This document shows positions 63,835 to 64,000 of a DNA stretch of 64,000 bases, piece by piece (the first letter of the stretch is position 1; each line of letters opens with the position of its first letter). The translations under genes and the position numbers were made by a program. The DNA is from an uncultured Chryseobacterium sp. (lineage in GTDB: Bacteria > Bacteroidota > Bacteroidia > UBA10329). Under the pieces are notes generated by a model that was given only the letters and a program-made list of their open reading frames with translations, was not told the DNA's origin and ran no database searches. The stretch lies in the NCBI GenBank assembly GCA_964500205.1, contig CAZCNS010000001.1:433000-496999 (forward strand). The letters run 5' to 3'.

Positions 63835-64000
63835 TTAGAACAACGGCAACTGTCCATTACTCTCAGGGTTCCACGGCCGCACAGGTTTCGGTTCAGCAGG
63901 TTTCGGTTTAGCAGGTTTCGGTTTCTCAGCAGCAGATGCGGCAGACGTTCCTCCGTCATGTCCACCATCATCCGAAGAATCAGTGTCACCCCCTGTCTTT
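63835..64000 (-). CDS. 3' end of a minus-strand gene that continues beyond the window; the C-terminal tail is low-complexity and Pro/Lys-rich (..EKPKPAKPKPAEPKPVRPWNPESNGQLPLF*)
   Basis: It is an open frame from the window edge to a stop (TAA, complement of 63835-63837). It is encoded by three tandem 15-nt units (agcaggtttcggttt) at about 63877-63925. This is a partial feature. Confidence 0.3.
   Translation of the reverse strand, partial: KTGGDTDSSDDGGHDGGTSAASAAEKPKPAKPKPAEPKPVRPWNPESNGQLPLF

Noticed and set aside
63877-63925. Tandem 15-nt repeats considered as a possible CRISPR array or non-coding repeat
   Set aside because: There are only three units, they are contiguous with no unique spacers, and they lie in an open reading frame encoding a KP-rich tail. 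This is not CRISPR-like. No CRISPR array was seen anywhere in the window.
1-64000. Search for tRNA/rRNA/tmRNA genes in intergenic regions (4085-4429, 10382-10531, 20061-20563, 46548-46621, 59755-60069, 62829-63231 and others)
   Set aside because: No segment showed the acceptor-stem/T-loop (GTTCGAATC-like) pattern or rRNA-like conserved blocks, so none were called. A covariance-model scan would be needed to be certain.

Overview
This 64-kb window looks like a chromosomal segment from a Bacteroidota genome. The evidence is several Por/T9SS C-terminal sorting tails, a Pro-rich TonB, Bacteroidota-typical families (IPExxxVDY-like, YceI/DUF5777-like, PSCyt1-like haem-binding lipoproteins), and a Wzx/Wzy polysaccharide locus. 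No rRNA, tRNA or CRISPR array was found. GC content, hand-estimated from sample lines only, is mosaic: about 42-50% over 1-8.3 kb, about 60-65% over 8.4-37 kb, about 50-55% over 37-47 kb, about 35-50% over the 47-60 kb polysaccharide locus, and higher again after that.

Gene content, left to right:
- 1-8.3 kb: a block of secreted/T9SS-cargo genes (haem-c-like domain fused to a PHM-like Cu monooxygenase, TlpA-like thioredoxin, FG-GAP/CRTAC1, PQQ-propeller, and a 689-aa repeat protein).
- 8.4-19.2 kb: housekeeping genes (pyk, M42 peptidase, tonB, UbiB, M28 peptidase, rsmI). Embedded here is a small module not resolved by the ORF track: a discrete ACP, a condensation/WS-DGAT-like acyltransferase, and a divergent CrtI-family oxidoreductase.
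- 20.5-25.7 kb: a heavy-metal RND pump whose reading frame continues in-frame into a TolC-like outer-membrane factor (1433 aa), followed by a short membrane-fusion lipoprotein.
- 27-40 kb: a stress/defence-flavoured stretch with an orphan addiction-module antitoxin, a Fic gene flanked by a pseudogene fragment of its downstream neighbour, an MNT/HEPN pair and HigBA. It also has a Crp/Fnr regulator, a peroxiredoxin-like redoxin, an ECF sigma with a ZAS anti-sigma, and a 22%-Met membrane protein. A sensor PP2C phosphatase and an operon of cytochrome P460-like and PSCyt1-like lipoproteins with YceI and a beta-barrel complete it.
- 40-47 kb: an FMN reductase, a SPOR protein, DUF58, M1 aminopeptidase and a biotin carrier.
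- 47-60 kb: the low-GC polysaccharide locus (pglE/D/C-like genes, two GT4, heparinase II/III-like, wecB, Wzy, Wzx, acyltransferase 3).
- 60-64 kb: a CrtI-like oxidoreductase, AlkB-type alkane hydroxylase, a MITE-like element with 25-bp perfect inverted repeats, a TetR regulator, and the C-terminal end of a Pro/Lys-repeat gene running off the window.

All product calls come from reading motifs by eye; no database search was possible.
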